Part shown: piece after piece, positions 47,314-56,787 of the stretch | Position numbering within the stretch: the stretch's first letter is position 1 | Layout of the letters: each line of letters opens with the position of its first letter | Origin: an uncultured virus (IMG/VR IMGVR_UViG_3300031722_000022) | Lineage: Duplodnaviria; Heunggongvirae; Uroviricota; Caudoviricetes | Reading direction: 5' to 3' (one strand) | IMG/VR virus record: IMGVR_UViG_3300031722_000022 | Length of the DNA: 64,000 nt | Notes under the pieces: model-generated | The model's input: only the letters and a program-made list of their open reading frames with translations | Told to the model about the DNA's origin: nothing | Database searches by the model: none | Program-made: the position numbers and the translations under genes

Positions 47314-49241
47314 TGTTAAATAAACTATTATCTGCATCTAGTGGAGCACAAAAATTATACTCAGACGATGTTTTCAGTGCGTATACCTACACCGGAAATG
47401 GCGCAACGCAGCCGATCAACAATGGGATTGATCTTGCGGGTAAGGGCGGGATGGTTTGGGCAAAACAAAGAACTTCTACTAACTCGCATACTTTAGTTGA
47501 CTCTATACGTGGAGTAGATAAGTTTATACGAACAAATACCACCGACGCACAACAGAGTTTTAGTGGTAGTGGGTTAACAGCACCAGTGTTTCTAAATAAT
47601 GGTTATGTCACAAGCAATTATGCAGGTGATAATGGTGCTTCCACAGGTTACGTGGGATGGACATTCCGCCGCGCCCCGGAATTTTTCGATGTGGTTACTT
47701 ATACGGGGAATGGTACGACACAAAACATTGCACATTCGCTCGGTATTGCACCGGGTATGATTATCGTAAAACAGACTAGCGGGGCTAATGCTTGGTACGT
47801 ATATCATCAAAGTCTTGGAAACACGGGCTATCTTTTTCTTAACACTACAGCGGCGGTTGAAACAAGTGTTACAGGAAATGTATGGGGGAATGGATCAATT
47901 CCTGTTTCCCCAACAGCAGCACAGTTTTCTATTGGGGCTGATGGGGGTTTAAACACTAGCGGACAAACCTACGTCGCCTACCTATTCGCCCACGATACTT
48001 CAGCAGATGGGATTATTCAGGCAGGCAGCTTTACTACGGATGCGAGTGGTAATGCTACGGTTAATCTCGGGTGGGAGCCGCAGTATTTGATGGTGAAAGA
48101 TATCACCGTCGGTGGGTCTTGGCACATACTGGATACGTCGAGGGCATTTAGTCAGTCAGCGGAATTACGTATCACAGCTAACTGGCCAGCGGCGGAAGTT
48201 AATGATGGAACAATATATTCAAGCCCGACAGCTACCGGGTTTGTGATTAGGAGTGGTTTGGTTTCAGCAGGATCAAATACGGTCTACCTCGCCATCCGTC
48301 GCCCCAACAAGCCCCCAACACTCGGCACGCAGGTTTATAACGCGATTGCACGAACGGGTACTGGTGCTGCTGCTGTGGTGACAGGGGTGGGGTTTGCGCC
48401 GGATTTACTAGGAACTACTTCTAGGACAGGTGGATTTTATTCCTTCGTAGATAAAAACCGTGGGCATACACAATCCCTTTATGCACATTCAAACACGACA
48501 GAGGCCACAAGTTCATCGTCACAAGATCTAGTCAGCTTTGATATGAATGGTATATCTGTTGGAGTTCAAAACAATATATATATAAATGGAAGTGGTATTT
48601 CTCTTATTCATCATTTTTTTCATAGGGCCCAGGGGGTATTTGATATTGTTTGTGACACAGGTACTGGCATATCAAAACAGGTTGCACATAACCTCTCTGC
48701 CACTCCAGAATTGATCATAAGAAAATGCCGAACATTTGCCTATAACTGGCAAGTTTACTGCTCATACGCATCCGGGAATCTTGTGCTACAGCAAACATCA
48801 GCCCAAGCCGCTAGTATGAACTTATGGACAAATGGGTCAGTTAATATGACACCCTCCACGTTTTCAGTCTCTTCTATTGGGGAGATTAATGCTGGTTCTG
48901 ACACTTTCATATCTTATCTTTTTGCATCACGATCTGGAATTAGTAAGATTGGGAGTTATGTGGGGAATGGTTCTTCACAAGTTATCAATTGTGGATTCAC
49001 AACTGGTGCTAGATATATGTTTATAAAATCTATTGATAATGTAGGGGACTGGTTTTATTGGGACTCTGCACGTGGAATTATTTCTGGAGATGACCCGCAC
49101 CTTTCATTAAACACCAGTGTTGCGGAAGTTACCACAGATGACAGTGTAGACGTGGATATCTCCGGGTTTATAGTTAATCAAGTTGCTGCTACCAATATCA
49201 ATATTACAGGTGGTACTTATATTTTCTTAGCATTTGCTTAA
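47313..49241 (+). CDS. putative receptor-binding/tail protein with duplicated beta-rich module
   Basis: FFDVVTYTGNG...IAHSLGIAPGMIIVK and VFDIVCDTGTG...VAHNLSATPELIIRK. Confidence 0.65.
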   Translation: MLNKLLSASSGAQKLYSDDVFSAYTYTGNGATQPINNGIDLAGKGGMVWAKQRTSTNSHTLVDSIRGVDKFIRTNTTDAQQSFSGSGLTAPVFLNNGYVTSNYAGDNGASTGYVGWTFRRAPEFFDVVTYTGNGTTQNIAHSLGIAPGMIIVKQTSGANAWYVYHQSLGNTGYLFLNTTAAVETSVTGNVWGNGSIPVSPTAAQFSIGADGGLNTSGQTYVAYLFAHDTSADGIIQAGSFTTDASGNATVNLGWEPQYLMVKDITVGGSWHILDTSRAFSQSAELRITANWPAAEVNDGTIYSSPTATGFVIRSGLVSAGSNTVYLAIRRPNKPPTLGTQVYNAIARTGTGAAAVVTGVGFAPDLLGTTSRTGGFYSFVDKNRGHTQSLYAHSNTTEATSSSSQDLVSFDMNGISVGVQNNIYINGSGISLIHHFFHRAQGVFDIVCDTGTGISKQVAHNLSATPELIIRKCRTFAYNWQVYCSYASGNLVLQQTSAQAASMNLWTNGSVNMTPSTFSVSSIGEINAGSDTFISYLFASRSGISKIGSYVGNGSSQVINCGFTTGARYMFIKSIDNVGDWFYWDSARGIISGDDPHLSLNTSVAEVTTDDSVDVDISGFIVNQVAATNINITGGTYIFLAFA

Positions 49242-49251
49242 AAGGAGTCTT

Positions 49252-49710
49252 ATGTCATACATCAATCTAGTAACAAAACAGTATCCTGTCTCCGAACAGG
49301 ATATCCGCAACTCTCTTCCTAACACATCATTTGCTACTCCATTCAATCCTGATGGGTATGCTTATGTGTTTCCGTCCCCACAGCCAACATATAACTCCTT
49401 GACTCAAGTTGTCCAAGAGACAACTCCCGTTCTTACGGTAAAGGGAACATATGAGCAGCAATGGGAAGTTATTAACCTTCCAACAGATGTTGCAGCAGCT
49501 AATAAGAATAGGCAGAAATTAGCAGAACTCGCTACTCTTGCAGATGATTATAAAGCAACTACCACAAATTTGCAATTAACATGGCTAACAGCAATGGTTA
49601 ATGATGGAACGAGTGAAGTGGGAAAGAAGGCAATTGTAATGTCAAATATTGCAGCAGCAAAATCAAAATATACATCCGATGTTGCTGCTATTATCTCAAA
49701 ATACGCATAG
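49252..49710 (+). CDS. tail-fibre-associated protein
   Basis: AGGAG RBS; YPVSEQDIR...PNTSF...YEQQW. Confidence 0.6.
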   Translation: MSYINLVTKQYPVSEQDIRNSLPNTSFATPFNPDGYAYVFPSPQPTYNSLTQVVQETTPVLTVKGTYEQQWEVINLPTDVAAANKNRQKLAELATLADDYKATTTNLQLTWLTAMVNDGTSEVGKKAIVMSNIAAAKSKYTSDVAAIISKYA

Positions 49711-49718
49711 AGGGAATT

Positions 49719-49880
49719 ATGGATACCAATGTCAATGTAGAAGTTCCAGAAGCTTCGGCTGTAAATTATCGATTTTGCCCAATCTGTGCTGGTCAGATGT
49801 ATTGGGTAGAGTCCCTTACGATGGTCCCAGGAGTTGCAGGGTTTGAATGTGAAGAGTGTTTCTTCTTTGAATTTACCTAA
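49719..49880 (+). CDS. small zinc-ribbon protein (53 aa)
   Basis: GAGG RBS; FCPIC...FECEEC; not in ORF track. Confidence 0.6.
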   Translation: MDTNVNVEVPEASAVNYRFCPICAGQMYWVESLTMVPGVAGFECEECFFFEFT

Positions 49881-49897
49881 TGTTTAATTAACAATAA

Positions 49898-49924
49898 AAG
49901 CCCTACGTCATTGACGTAGGGCTT
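49898..49924. terminator. bidirectional terminator between convergent arms
   Basis: AAGCCCTACGTC-ATT-GACGTAGGGCTT. Confidence 0.85.
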
Positions 49925-49940
49925 ATTGCTTATCTACTAC

Positions 49941-50180
49941 TTAGTCATTCAAGAATTCAACAACACTTGCCTCATCAGATAATGCCTTAACCTTGTCAGC
50001 AAAGAATGTCTTAAACGACTTGCCAATTTCCTTCTTTGACAACTTAGTTGTCTCTGCCGCAGCAGTAACAATTTCCTTATATTGTTCCATTGCACTTGCT
50101 GCTTCAGTAAGACGCTCAATTGCTTCGTTACGATAACCTTGATAAACAGTCTTTTGTTCTGGACTAATTTGAATACTCAT
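49941..50180 (-). CDS. small helical protein, possibly T4 DsbA-like DNA-binding
   Basis: 79 aa; YKEIVTAAAETTKLSKKEIGK; weak resemblance only. Confidence 0.5.
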   Translation of the reverse strand: MSIQISPEQKTVYQGYRNEAIERLTEAASAMEQYKEIVTAAAETTKLSKKEIGKSFKTFFADKVKALSDEASVVEFLND

Positions 50181-50208
50181 TTGTGTTTCTCCTTTTTTAG
50201 TTAATAAA

Positions 50209-50775
50209 TTAGATTACGTCTGCTTCGTTTGCTTCTTTGATTGCTACAACTAAATCATTAGTGTACCACACATCTTCATCTGGATGCAAGAAGCCTCTAA
50301 TTCCTTTTTGAATATCTTGCAATGCTGCAATTGTACTACGATCTTCTTCCCATGTTTCACTTTCATCTTTCTTTACGCTTCGCGTAGTTCCCTCTGCTTT
50401 AAAACTAGCCATGCACATAGCTCTAAAACCTGACTCACCCATGCCTTCAGCACTACTGCGTACCATATCATTTGCCAACTCATTGTCTGTCTGAGAGTTA
50501 ATACGTGCGCTCATGGAGAAGTTACGATTAGCCTTCCATTCTTTATCATAGCGCTCAGTACAAACATAACGATAGCCTGTAACGATCTTCAAGTCAATTG
50601 TTCTATGGACGCAAGCCTGAAGCTTAAGTCCATTATCAACAAATCCTCCAAGTTTAAAAATATATGGGGCAACAATATTATCCATCTTTGGCTGAAGCAA
50701 ATCAAATTGGCTTTCTGCAATAGTTGAAATTTCTGGAATCTTGAGAATATCTAGGAAGCTAAAATAGACTAGCAC
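50209..50775 (-). CDS. hypothetical protein
   Basis: 188 aa ORF, GGAGG RBS. Confidence 0.7.
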   Translation of the reverse strand: MLVYFSFLDILKIPEISTIAESQFDLLQPKMDNIVAPYIFKLGGFVDNGLKLQACVHRTIDLKIVTGYRYVCTERYDKEWKANRNFSMSARINSQTDNELANDMVRSSAEGMGESGFRAMCMASFKAEGTTRSVKKDESETWEEDRSTIAALQDIQKGIRGFLHPDEDVWYTNDLVVAIKEANEADVI

Positions 50776-51275
50776 AAGTCACCTCCAACATCATCAAGTT
50801 TCACTTTCGGCAAGATTCCTTTTGGCGTATAACTAGCAACAGAACACTTCTTGTATCCCGAAGGCTTCACAACTTTGCCATGTTCATTTTTGATTACAAA
50901 CACATTATAATCAAGATTCTCTTCTCCATAAACCTTAATACCTTTGTCCTCAAATTCTTGAATAGTCAAGTTAGCAATATTAGCACTAGGCGTGAACTTG
51001 CTCAAATTATTAATGTTCACTTCATTGAACGCCCCAATAACATCGTACCCTTGTTCCTCAAGCATTTTAACAAAGCCATGAATTGTTACAAGAACATCTA
51101 CAGCTTCCTTTAGGATTTCATTTGGATTGCCTTCGGCTACCGCTTCAAGAAGTTCATTACCTTCTTCAGCAACAACTTTAGCTTGTGCAATAAGGCCTTC
51201 ATGTGACACATTACTAAGATTACCAGCAATCTCGTTGAAAATTACTACTTGGTCAATACAATCATTGATATTCAT
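50769..51275 (-). CDS. MazG-like nucleotide pyrophosphohydrolase
   Basis: AEEGNELLEA...KEAVDVLV...NNLSK...GKVVKP. Confidence 0.8.
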   Translation of the reverse strand: MNINDCIDQVVIFNEIAGNLSNVSHEGLIAQAKVVAEEGNELLEAVAEGNPNEILKEAVDVLVTIHGFVKMLEEQGYDVIGAFNEVNINNLSKFTPSANIANLTIQEFEDKGIKVYGEENLDYNVFVIKNEHGKVVKPSGYKKCSVASYTPKGILPKVKLDDVGGDLC

Positions 51276-51553
51276 TTGTTGTCTCCTTTAGTCCAAATAA
51301 ATCCTTGCTCAGTATAATGATTGCCTTGTTTATACTGTTGCTTATCTTGATCTTCCCTCCAACACTTATCACACTGAGGACACTTGAAGTTTACCCAATA
51401 ACTATTGTCACTGCTGCAATAGTTGCCAGTGTTTGCCCCATACTCTCCAAGAAGCCCTTCATGAGTACACTGAGATTTAAGAAGTTCTTGTTTAGCGTAT
51501 AACTTATCCATTTGCTTTAACATCTTATCCATCTGTTGCTTAACAGTTGCCAT
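51272..51553 (-). CDS. zinc-ribbon hypothetical protein
   Basis: CTH...CPQC. Confidence 0.6.
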   Translation of the reverse strand: MATVKQQMDKMLKQMDKLYAKQELLKSQCTHEGLLGEYGANTGNYCSSDNSYWVNFKCPQCDKCWREDQDKQQYKQGNHYTEQGFIWTKGDNK

Positions 51554-51562
51554 ATATTCTCC

Positions 51563-51826
51563 TTAAATATCTTGCAGGCTTTCCCTAAGAACTTCCCTAA
51601 AGTAATCCTTCAACTCTGGATTATCTTCAACAATTGTCCAAATGTTATATTTGTATTCCTTTGGGCCAATACAAAGAGCATCACGAGTCCAAGCAACCAT
51701 ATCTTGACCAGATTGATAATCAATGAAATTGCCATTTCCATGCTTCACAAAAAGGATTGCTTTGTTTTCCTTGTTGCAGAATACAGTAGCAGGCACCATT
51801 GGAAGATTACATTGTAAGGCTCGCAT
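51563..51826 (-). CDS. hypothetical protein
   Basis: AGGAG RBS, 87 aa. Confidence 0.6.
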   Translation of the reverse strand: MRALQCNLPMVPATVFCNKENKAILFVKHGNGNFIDYQSGQDMVAWTRDALCIGPKEYKYNIWTIVEDNPELKDYFREVLRESLQDI

Positions 51827-51846
51827 TTGTATTGGCTCCTGTTAAG

Positions 51847-52818
51847 TTAAGAAATCGTTGCCATCGTGACGTTGTTTCGTTGTTCCTTAGTTGTATTCGT
51901 CTTACGCCCACGGCTATACGCTCCACAATCCTCGCAACGATACAAGTCATAAACAGACAACGAAGTATGCCAATCACCAGAATTACTCAAGTGTGTTCCA
52001 CCACAGACACGGCACGTAAGTTGGTCACTACCTTGTGCCAGTGCGACATTAGGATGCTTGTTGGAGAAAGGCTTAATAATATCATACAACTCTTCCAATG
52101 CCAAGACATCATGAATGTTGTATTCCTTCATCTCTGCCCATGCTTCAGTATTACCCTTCATTACTTCTGTCCACAAAGTATGTCCAGGGAACTTCTTGTG
52201 CAACAGTTTCTTATACTTCTTACACAGTTTGTCAGTCATGTACTCCAACTTATTTGACGTAAATCCAAACTCACGTTTTGCTATTTCCAACGTGTCAATT
52301 ACTCGTGAAGGCTTTGCTGGCGGAAGCCCATTAATAACAAAGCGAGCATTAATCTTCTTAAGGTCAAATTTTCGTCCATTTTGAGTTAAAGTGGCATCGC
52401 TTTGATTAAGAAGATCATAGAGAACATGACACAGATTGAAATCATCTTCAATATCTCGTTCATCAGATTGGTCATAGTAGAATACTTCCTCTTCGCCATA
52501 CCACTTAGCAGCGAATGAGAGAAGATGCCAATCCTTCTGCACTTGATTGAGTCCTACGCCGTGTTGCCAGATGCTCCAGAGGTCAGACACAAGCGGGGCT
52601 GTCTCAATATCAAGCACAAGGATTTTCATCTTGTTATATGGCTTTACAACAACCCCATTAAATTCTTTATCTCGCAAATAGTCTGAAACAGAAGACTTTG
52701 GAAGGTTCAACTTATATGCAACTTGTCGCTTTGAAAACCCCTTGACGAGTAGATCATCAATCTTATCTGCATACTCTTCAATATACGAAGCACGTTTTTG
52801 CGTAGTAATACTTACCAT
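51847..52818 (-). CDS. RNase H-like/DnaQ-type exonuclease with N-terminal HTH and C-terminal Zn ribbon
   Basis: LVLDIETAP, NGRKFD, IDTL, YNIHDV; CRVC...CEDC. Confidence 0.85.
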   Translation of the reverse strand: MVSITTQKRASYIEEYADKIDDLLVKGFSKRQVAYKLNLPKSSVSDYLRDKEFNGVVVKPYNKMKILVLDIETAPLVSDLWSIWQHGVGLNQVQKDWHLLSFAAKWYGEEEVFYYDQSDERDIEDDFNLCHVLYDLLNQSDATLTQNGRKFDLKKINARFVINGLPPAKPSRVIDTLEIAKREFGFTSNKLEYMTDKLCKKYKKLLHKKFPGHTLWTEVMKGNTEAWAEMKEYNIHDVLALEELYDIIKPFSNKHPNVALAQGSDQLTCRVCGGTHLSNSGDWHTSLSVYDLYRCEDCGAYSRGRKTNTTKEQRNNVTMATIS

Positions 52819-52833
52819 TAGTTTTGTTCTCCC

Positions 52834-53046
52834 TTATTGTACTGCATCAAAATTAAACAATGGATCATCAAAGTCTTCGTCGTCTAAATGGACAAGCTTT
52901 ACATCAACTCCCATGAAGTTGAGCATGAACTCCCAATCGTGTAACGAGATACTGTGTCCTGATCGACCAACCATGTCATCGATATACACACATGCGTAAT
53001 CACCACTCCCTTTATTATTTGTAACAATCCTAACTTTGTGTTTCAT
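52834..53046 (-). CDS. hypothetical protein
   Basis: GGGAGA RBS, 70 aa. Confidence 0.6.
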   Translation of the reverse strand: MKHKVRIVTNNKGSGDYACVYIDDMVGRSGHSISLHDWEFMLNFMGVDVKLVHLDDEDFDDPLFNFDAVQ

Positions 53047-53060
53047 ATTTATTCTCCCTG

Positions 53061-53324
53061 TTAATTCAACTTACCAGACATAGCCACAACACTAGGCGTA
53101 GCCGACATAATCATTTGCTTCAGTACATGCTCCACTTTCTCATTTGTAATATCAACAGATGCTTTATCAAGCATATCTCCATACTCATCAAAATGATAGC
53201 CTGTTGCATTAATAGCAAACGTTAATGCTTGAATGTCTTCAAGAATATACATGTAGCCTGCTGTAGCAATTCCGATAAGAATGATATTACGCTCTTGTTC
53301 TGTTACGATGATGTTGTTAGTCAT
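53061..53324 (-). CDS. hypothetical protein
   Basis: AAGGAGA RBS, 87 aa. Confidence 0.6.
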   Translation of the reverse strand: MTNNIIVTEQERNIILIGIATAGYMYILEDIQALTFAINATGYHFDEYGDMLDKASVDITNEKVEHVLKQMIMSATPSVVAMSGKLN

Positions 53325-53333
53325 TTGTTCTCC

Positions 53334-53657
53334 TTAATCTGGTTTCTTTGCAAGATAAATAGTCTTAGTGACTTCTTGTGGAAACACTTCACAGATAGTT
53401 GGCTCATCTCGTTCACTATCTGACCAATAACCACTATTGCTACGCGAACAAGTTACCTCGAAATAAACGCCGCCAATAAGATATACATTTGAATTATAAA
53501 CTGTCTTATACTCTACAATATCGACTCCTGCATCTACACAAGTTATGTTATCTTTAACATAGTCTTGAGCATTATATGGGCATTCCTCTTCTGCGTAATC
53601 ATCAGCATACCACAAAACAATCTCAGCAATTTGCTTCTTAGTAAATTGTTCATTCAT
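53334..53657 (-). CDS. acidic hypothetical protein
   Basis: RSNSGYWSD...EVFPQEVTKTIY. Confidence 0.65.
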   Translation of the reverse strand: MNEQFTKKQIAEIVLWYADDYAEEECPYNAQDYVKDNITCVDAGVDIVEYKTVYNSNVYLIGGVYFEVTCSRSNSGYWSDSERDEPTICEVFPQEVTKTIYLAKKPD

Positions 53658-53789
53658 GAGTTTTCTCCTTTATTTAAAGACGCTACTTAGCCAGATAGTA
53701 TACACCAATACACATTGAAAGTATTAAACAAGAAATTCCGCACACTCCCATGGCTATAAAAACGTAGTGAAAGAATTCTCCCATGTTGA

Positions 53790-53990
53790 TCACCCCTCTG
53801 CCAGCAGGTTAATGCTGCTACACATTTTCTCGTATGCTGAACCACATTCCGTGCAGCGTAACTCTTTGCTGACACTAGCAAAGTCCTGCAAAGACAGAAG
53901 TACGACTCCCCTACTTGGGCGAGAAGTAAATCTACAGTATGATCTAGTTCCAGATTTTTGTAAGTGAATCTTTTTAATCTTCGTTGCCAC
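53790..53990 (-). CDS. hypothetical protein
   Basis: AAGGAGAG RBS, H..C..CTEC. Confidence 0.5.
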   Translation of the reverse strand: MATKIKKIHLQKSGTRSYCRFTSRPSRGVVLLSLQDFASVSKELRCTECGSAYEKMCSSINLLAEG

Positions 53991-54540
53991 TGTTTCTCTC
54001 CTTCAAGTAGTTGCGGTACGCTGCCACCCTCTTTGCTGCTGTGGAAAGCATTATACTATCAACTCCAAGTGAAGTCAATGTTTCTTTCTGTTTCTCTGAA
54101 TTAAGTTTTTTGAATGGCAGAATGTATTTCTTCTCGAACATTGCGTCTTCAAACGACATTCCCTGCCTCTCAGAATAACTCTTAATTTTATGAGCCTCAA
54201 CTTCTACGAGTTGCATATTATCATCATTTGTACATAAGTGTCTAGCAAATGATTCAATGTCACACCAATCTCGCAATGATGCTTCTCCAACAATGTGATC
54301 CACTTGCAACTTGCTATTACCAGTCCAAACACCTGTTAAAGCACACACAGCACCAGACTTAGCCTTTCCTGTGTAGCCCTCTGGTGGTTTAGTTAAGTGT
54401 GACTTCTTGTAGATAATTTTTCCTGGGTATTTTTCCCATATTGCTCTACGAAGACCTCCACGTAGCCAACTAAAAAAGGATGCCCTAGTGGGCCATACTT
54501 CGGGGTAATATTCCCAAGGCTCTATGCTGTTTTTATTCAT
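53974..54540 (-). CDS. HNH-fold nuclease (replication-module type)
   Basis: FFSWLRGGLRR...CALTG...LQVDHI...MQLV...HKIKS. Confidence 0.75.
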   Translation of the reverse strand: MNKNSIEPWEYYPEVWPTRASFFSWLRGGLRRAIWEKYPGKIIYKKSHLTKPPEGYTGKAKSGAVCALTGVWTGNSKLQVDHIVGEASLRDWCDIESFARHLCTNDDNMQLVEVEAHKIKSYSERQGMSFEDAMFEKKYILPFKKLNSEKQKETLTSLGVDSIMLSTAAKRVAAYRNYLKERNSGNED

Positions 54541-54541
54541 G

Positions 54542-55105
54542 TCAAGTTCCGTGCCCATTTATATAACCTGCACCCTGTGCATTCAGTTCCTTAATCATTT
54601 CCTCGCGGTACTCACCCGCCAAACGAAAGGATACATCATAACCGAGTTTGTTAATTGAAAACCTTTTTCTATGTTTGTTACCCATCAAGTCTTGCCATTG
54701 AGATACAAAATACTCATAAATTTTTCCATCCCTATTAGTAACTACGTCCTTAGAGACTCCAGTAACACCTGTTGAATTTCTTTTATGTTTTGATTTGTTT
54801 CTGCCACTAAGATTATTATCGACAAGTCTCAAATTCTCTACTCTATTATTTGATTTGTTTCTATCTATGTGGTCAACCAATAAATCATAACATTTTGTTC
54901 CGTTTAATACCATTACAACCCTATGAGAACGATATAATTTACCTTTGAGTGCTACACACCAGTAACCACTCCTTGTCGAACAATAGCCTGCAACCGCTCC
55001 GGCCCTCATCCTTTTACTGATATTTACTTTCCATCTCAACCCTCCCGGAGAATTTTCATCATAGTAAAGGAATTCACCAAAATCAACGTTATATTTTTCT
55101 TCCAT
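54542..55105 (-). CDS. HNH/AP2 homing endonuclease
   Basis: HRVV...VDHIDRNKSNNRVENLR...STGVTGV...KRFSINKLG. Confidence 0.85.
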   Translation of the reverse strand: MEEKYNVDFGEFLYYDENSPGGLRWKVNISKRMRAGAVAGYCSTRSGYWCVALKGKLYRSHRVVMVLNGTKCYDLLVDHIDRNKSNNRVENLRLVDNNLSGRNKSKHKRNSTGVTGVSKDVVTNRDGKIYEYFVSQWQDLMGNKHRKRFSINKLGYDVSFRLAGEYREEMIKELNAQGAGYINGHGT

Positions 55106-55122
55106 GTATCACTCCCAAAAGA

Positions 55123-55452
55123 TCATTTGATTTTTATCAAGATAGCACTACAAAACAACAGTGCAACCCCAACCCAGTTGACAATGCTCAATGTCTCTCC
55201 AATGAAGTGGCAAACAACCACTCGCATTGAGACATTAATACACGAGAAGATTGCCGCTGCAAGGAAAAGAGAATCAGCCCTCCTAAACCCCTCGAACAGA
55301 CCAAGTTGTCCAATTAATATAGGCACAATAATATATGGCAAGGCTTGTAGGAATGTATCATAGTTTCCTGAGCGATAGGTATATTCAATGAAGGCTATTG
55401 CTATGTTGGATAATAGGAGCCATAGGCTCCATGTTGGAATGGCGAAAGCCAT
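55123..55452 (-). CDS. small four-TM membrane protein, DMT/SMR-like
   Basis: Four hydrophobic helices; GETLSIVNWVGVALL. Confidence 0.55.
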   Translation of the reverse strand: MAFAIPTWSLWLLLSNIAIAFIEYTYRSGNYDTFLQALPYIIVPILIGQLGLFEGFRRADSLFLAAAIFSCINVSMRVVVCHFIGETLSIVNWVGVALLFCSAILIKIK

Positions 55453-55784
55453 CAACTCACACAAACTTCATGAATCAAATCATATGTCTCGTCTTTGAAA
55501 TACTTCTGCCAAGTGGTAATAGCCTTGGCGTAGTCATTATGAAATGTAGATGGCTTAGGATAACTAAGATCAATACCAAGAATATAACCATATCCAGAGT
55601 AATGATTTAGAATGCTTCCAGAAATTTCCTTTTGACCATACATAAACTCATTAAACCCGTCTTCTTCAATCAATTCAAGATCGTCTTCAGACAACACAAT
55701 ATATTGCTTATAAAATTCTTCAGCTTCACTTTGGTCATCAAATGATTTGCCAAGGTAAAGTAGTGGACTATAACTTGTACTCAT
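55452..55784 (-). CDS. acidic hypothetical protein
   Basis: AAGGAGA RBS, 110 aa. Confidence 0.65.
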   Translation of the reverse strand: MSTSYSPLLYLGKSFDDQSEAEEFYKQYIVLSEDDLELIEEDGFNEFMYGQKEISGSILNHYSGYGYILGIDLSYPKPSTFHNDYAKAITTWQKYFKDETYDLIHEVCVS

Positions 55785-55795
55785 GTTGTTCTCCT

Positions 55796-56737
55796 TTAAT
55801 ATGTTACACCAAGATGTTCAAGATGCTCTCTTAGCACATACATTTGTCCTTCACGCTTACGCAGCCACAGGAAGAAAGCCATGTCGCTAAGACGATCAAC
55901 TCCATCTTCAGGCCATGCCAATTTGTAGGCATCAACAACTCTTTGTGCTGCTTCTTTCTCTGTCTTTACATCACAGAGAATCTTTGCCCCTGCAACCTTA
56001 CCACAAGTGTTTGTCTTAATACCGTACTTCTTTTTTGTTTCATCAGACAGCTTAAGAATACCGTCGATGTTATCTGCTGTGTCTCCCACAAGACAACTTC
56101 CCCAAAAGCCTTTATACTGCATCTTCCGTGTGTTCCAGAATACTCCTCCATCTGGTTGCTTATAGTTATACAAAGCCCCAACAGAATTTTGGTGAATATC
56201 CTTGTCGCAGAAAGCTACAACAATGTTGCTGTCTTCTACATTACCTTTTGGATTAAAATTATTCCAGCTACTGTAGCAGACGAAGTCATCAACTTCTTCT
56301 GAATCAACAACAATAACATTCTTGTTCCACTTGCTCAAAACATATTGGTATGTATCCTTGAACAGCAATGGTTTGTCACCTCGTTGACCTTTATAGGCAA
56401 CGTACTTTGCTGGATAGTCCATCCTATAATTACCAGTTCCTTGAATACAAATTTTGTAATCAGTGTGTGGAACTGCTTCAAGGATAGCAGAAATCTTTCG
56501 CTTTACAGATGAACAAGCATATGAAGTTTCTCCGACTAACTCTTTGACAACAGTAAATGAATAGTCCTCTTTAGGGTACTTTGAGTATTCCTTGTGCCAC
56601 TCATTAAATGCGCTCTTGGAGGGAAACATTTGTGATTTCCCATTATTATTATTTGTTGCTAGACACTTGTTAATCTCTTCTGTTGCAGCACTTGCATAAA
56701 CAATTGTATCTGCATCAATTAGAAGTAGTTTACTCAT
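55796..56737 (-). CDS. 5'-3' exonuclease (T7 gp6-like)
   Basis: LLIDAD, NYR...YKGQR, EVDD, DKD, GDTADNI. Confidence 0.9.
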   Translation of the reverse strand: MSKLLLIDADTIVYASAATEEINKCLATNNNNGKSQMFPSKSAFNEWHKEYSKYPKEDYSFTVVKELVGETSYACSSVKRKISAILEAVPHTDYKICIQGTGNYRMDYPAKYVAYKGQRGDKPLLFKDTYQYVLSKWNKNVIVVDSEEVDDFVCYSSWNNFNPKGNVEDSNIVVAFCDKDIHQNSVGALYNYKQPDGGVFWNTRKMQYKGFWGSCLVGDTADNIDGILKLSDETKKKYGIKTNTCGKVAGAKILCDVKTEKEAAQRVVDAYKLAWPEDGVDRLSDMAFFLWLRKREGQMYVLREHLEHLGVTY

Positions 56738-56750
56738 GCAATCTCCTTAT

Positions 56751-56772
56751 GCCCACTCCGTTTGGAGTGGGC
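56751..56772 (-). terminator. stem-loop after SSB gene
   Basis: GCCCACTCC-GTTT-GGAGTGGGC. Confidence 0.5.
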
Positions 56773-56787
56773 TATGTTTAGTCTACA

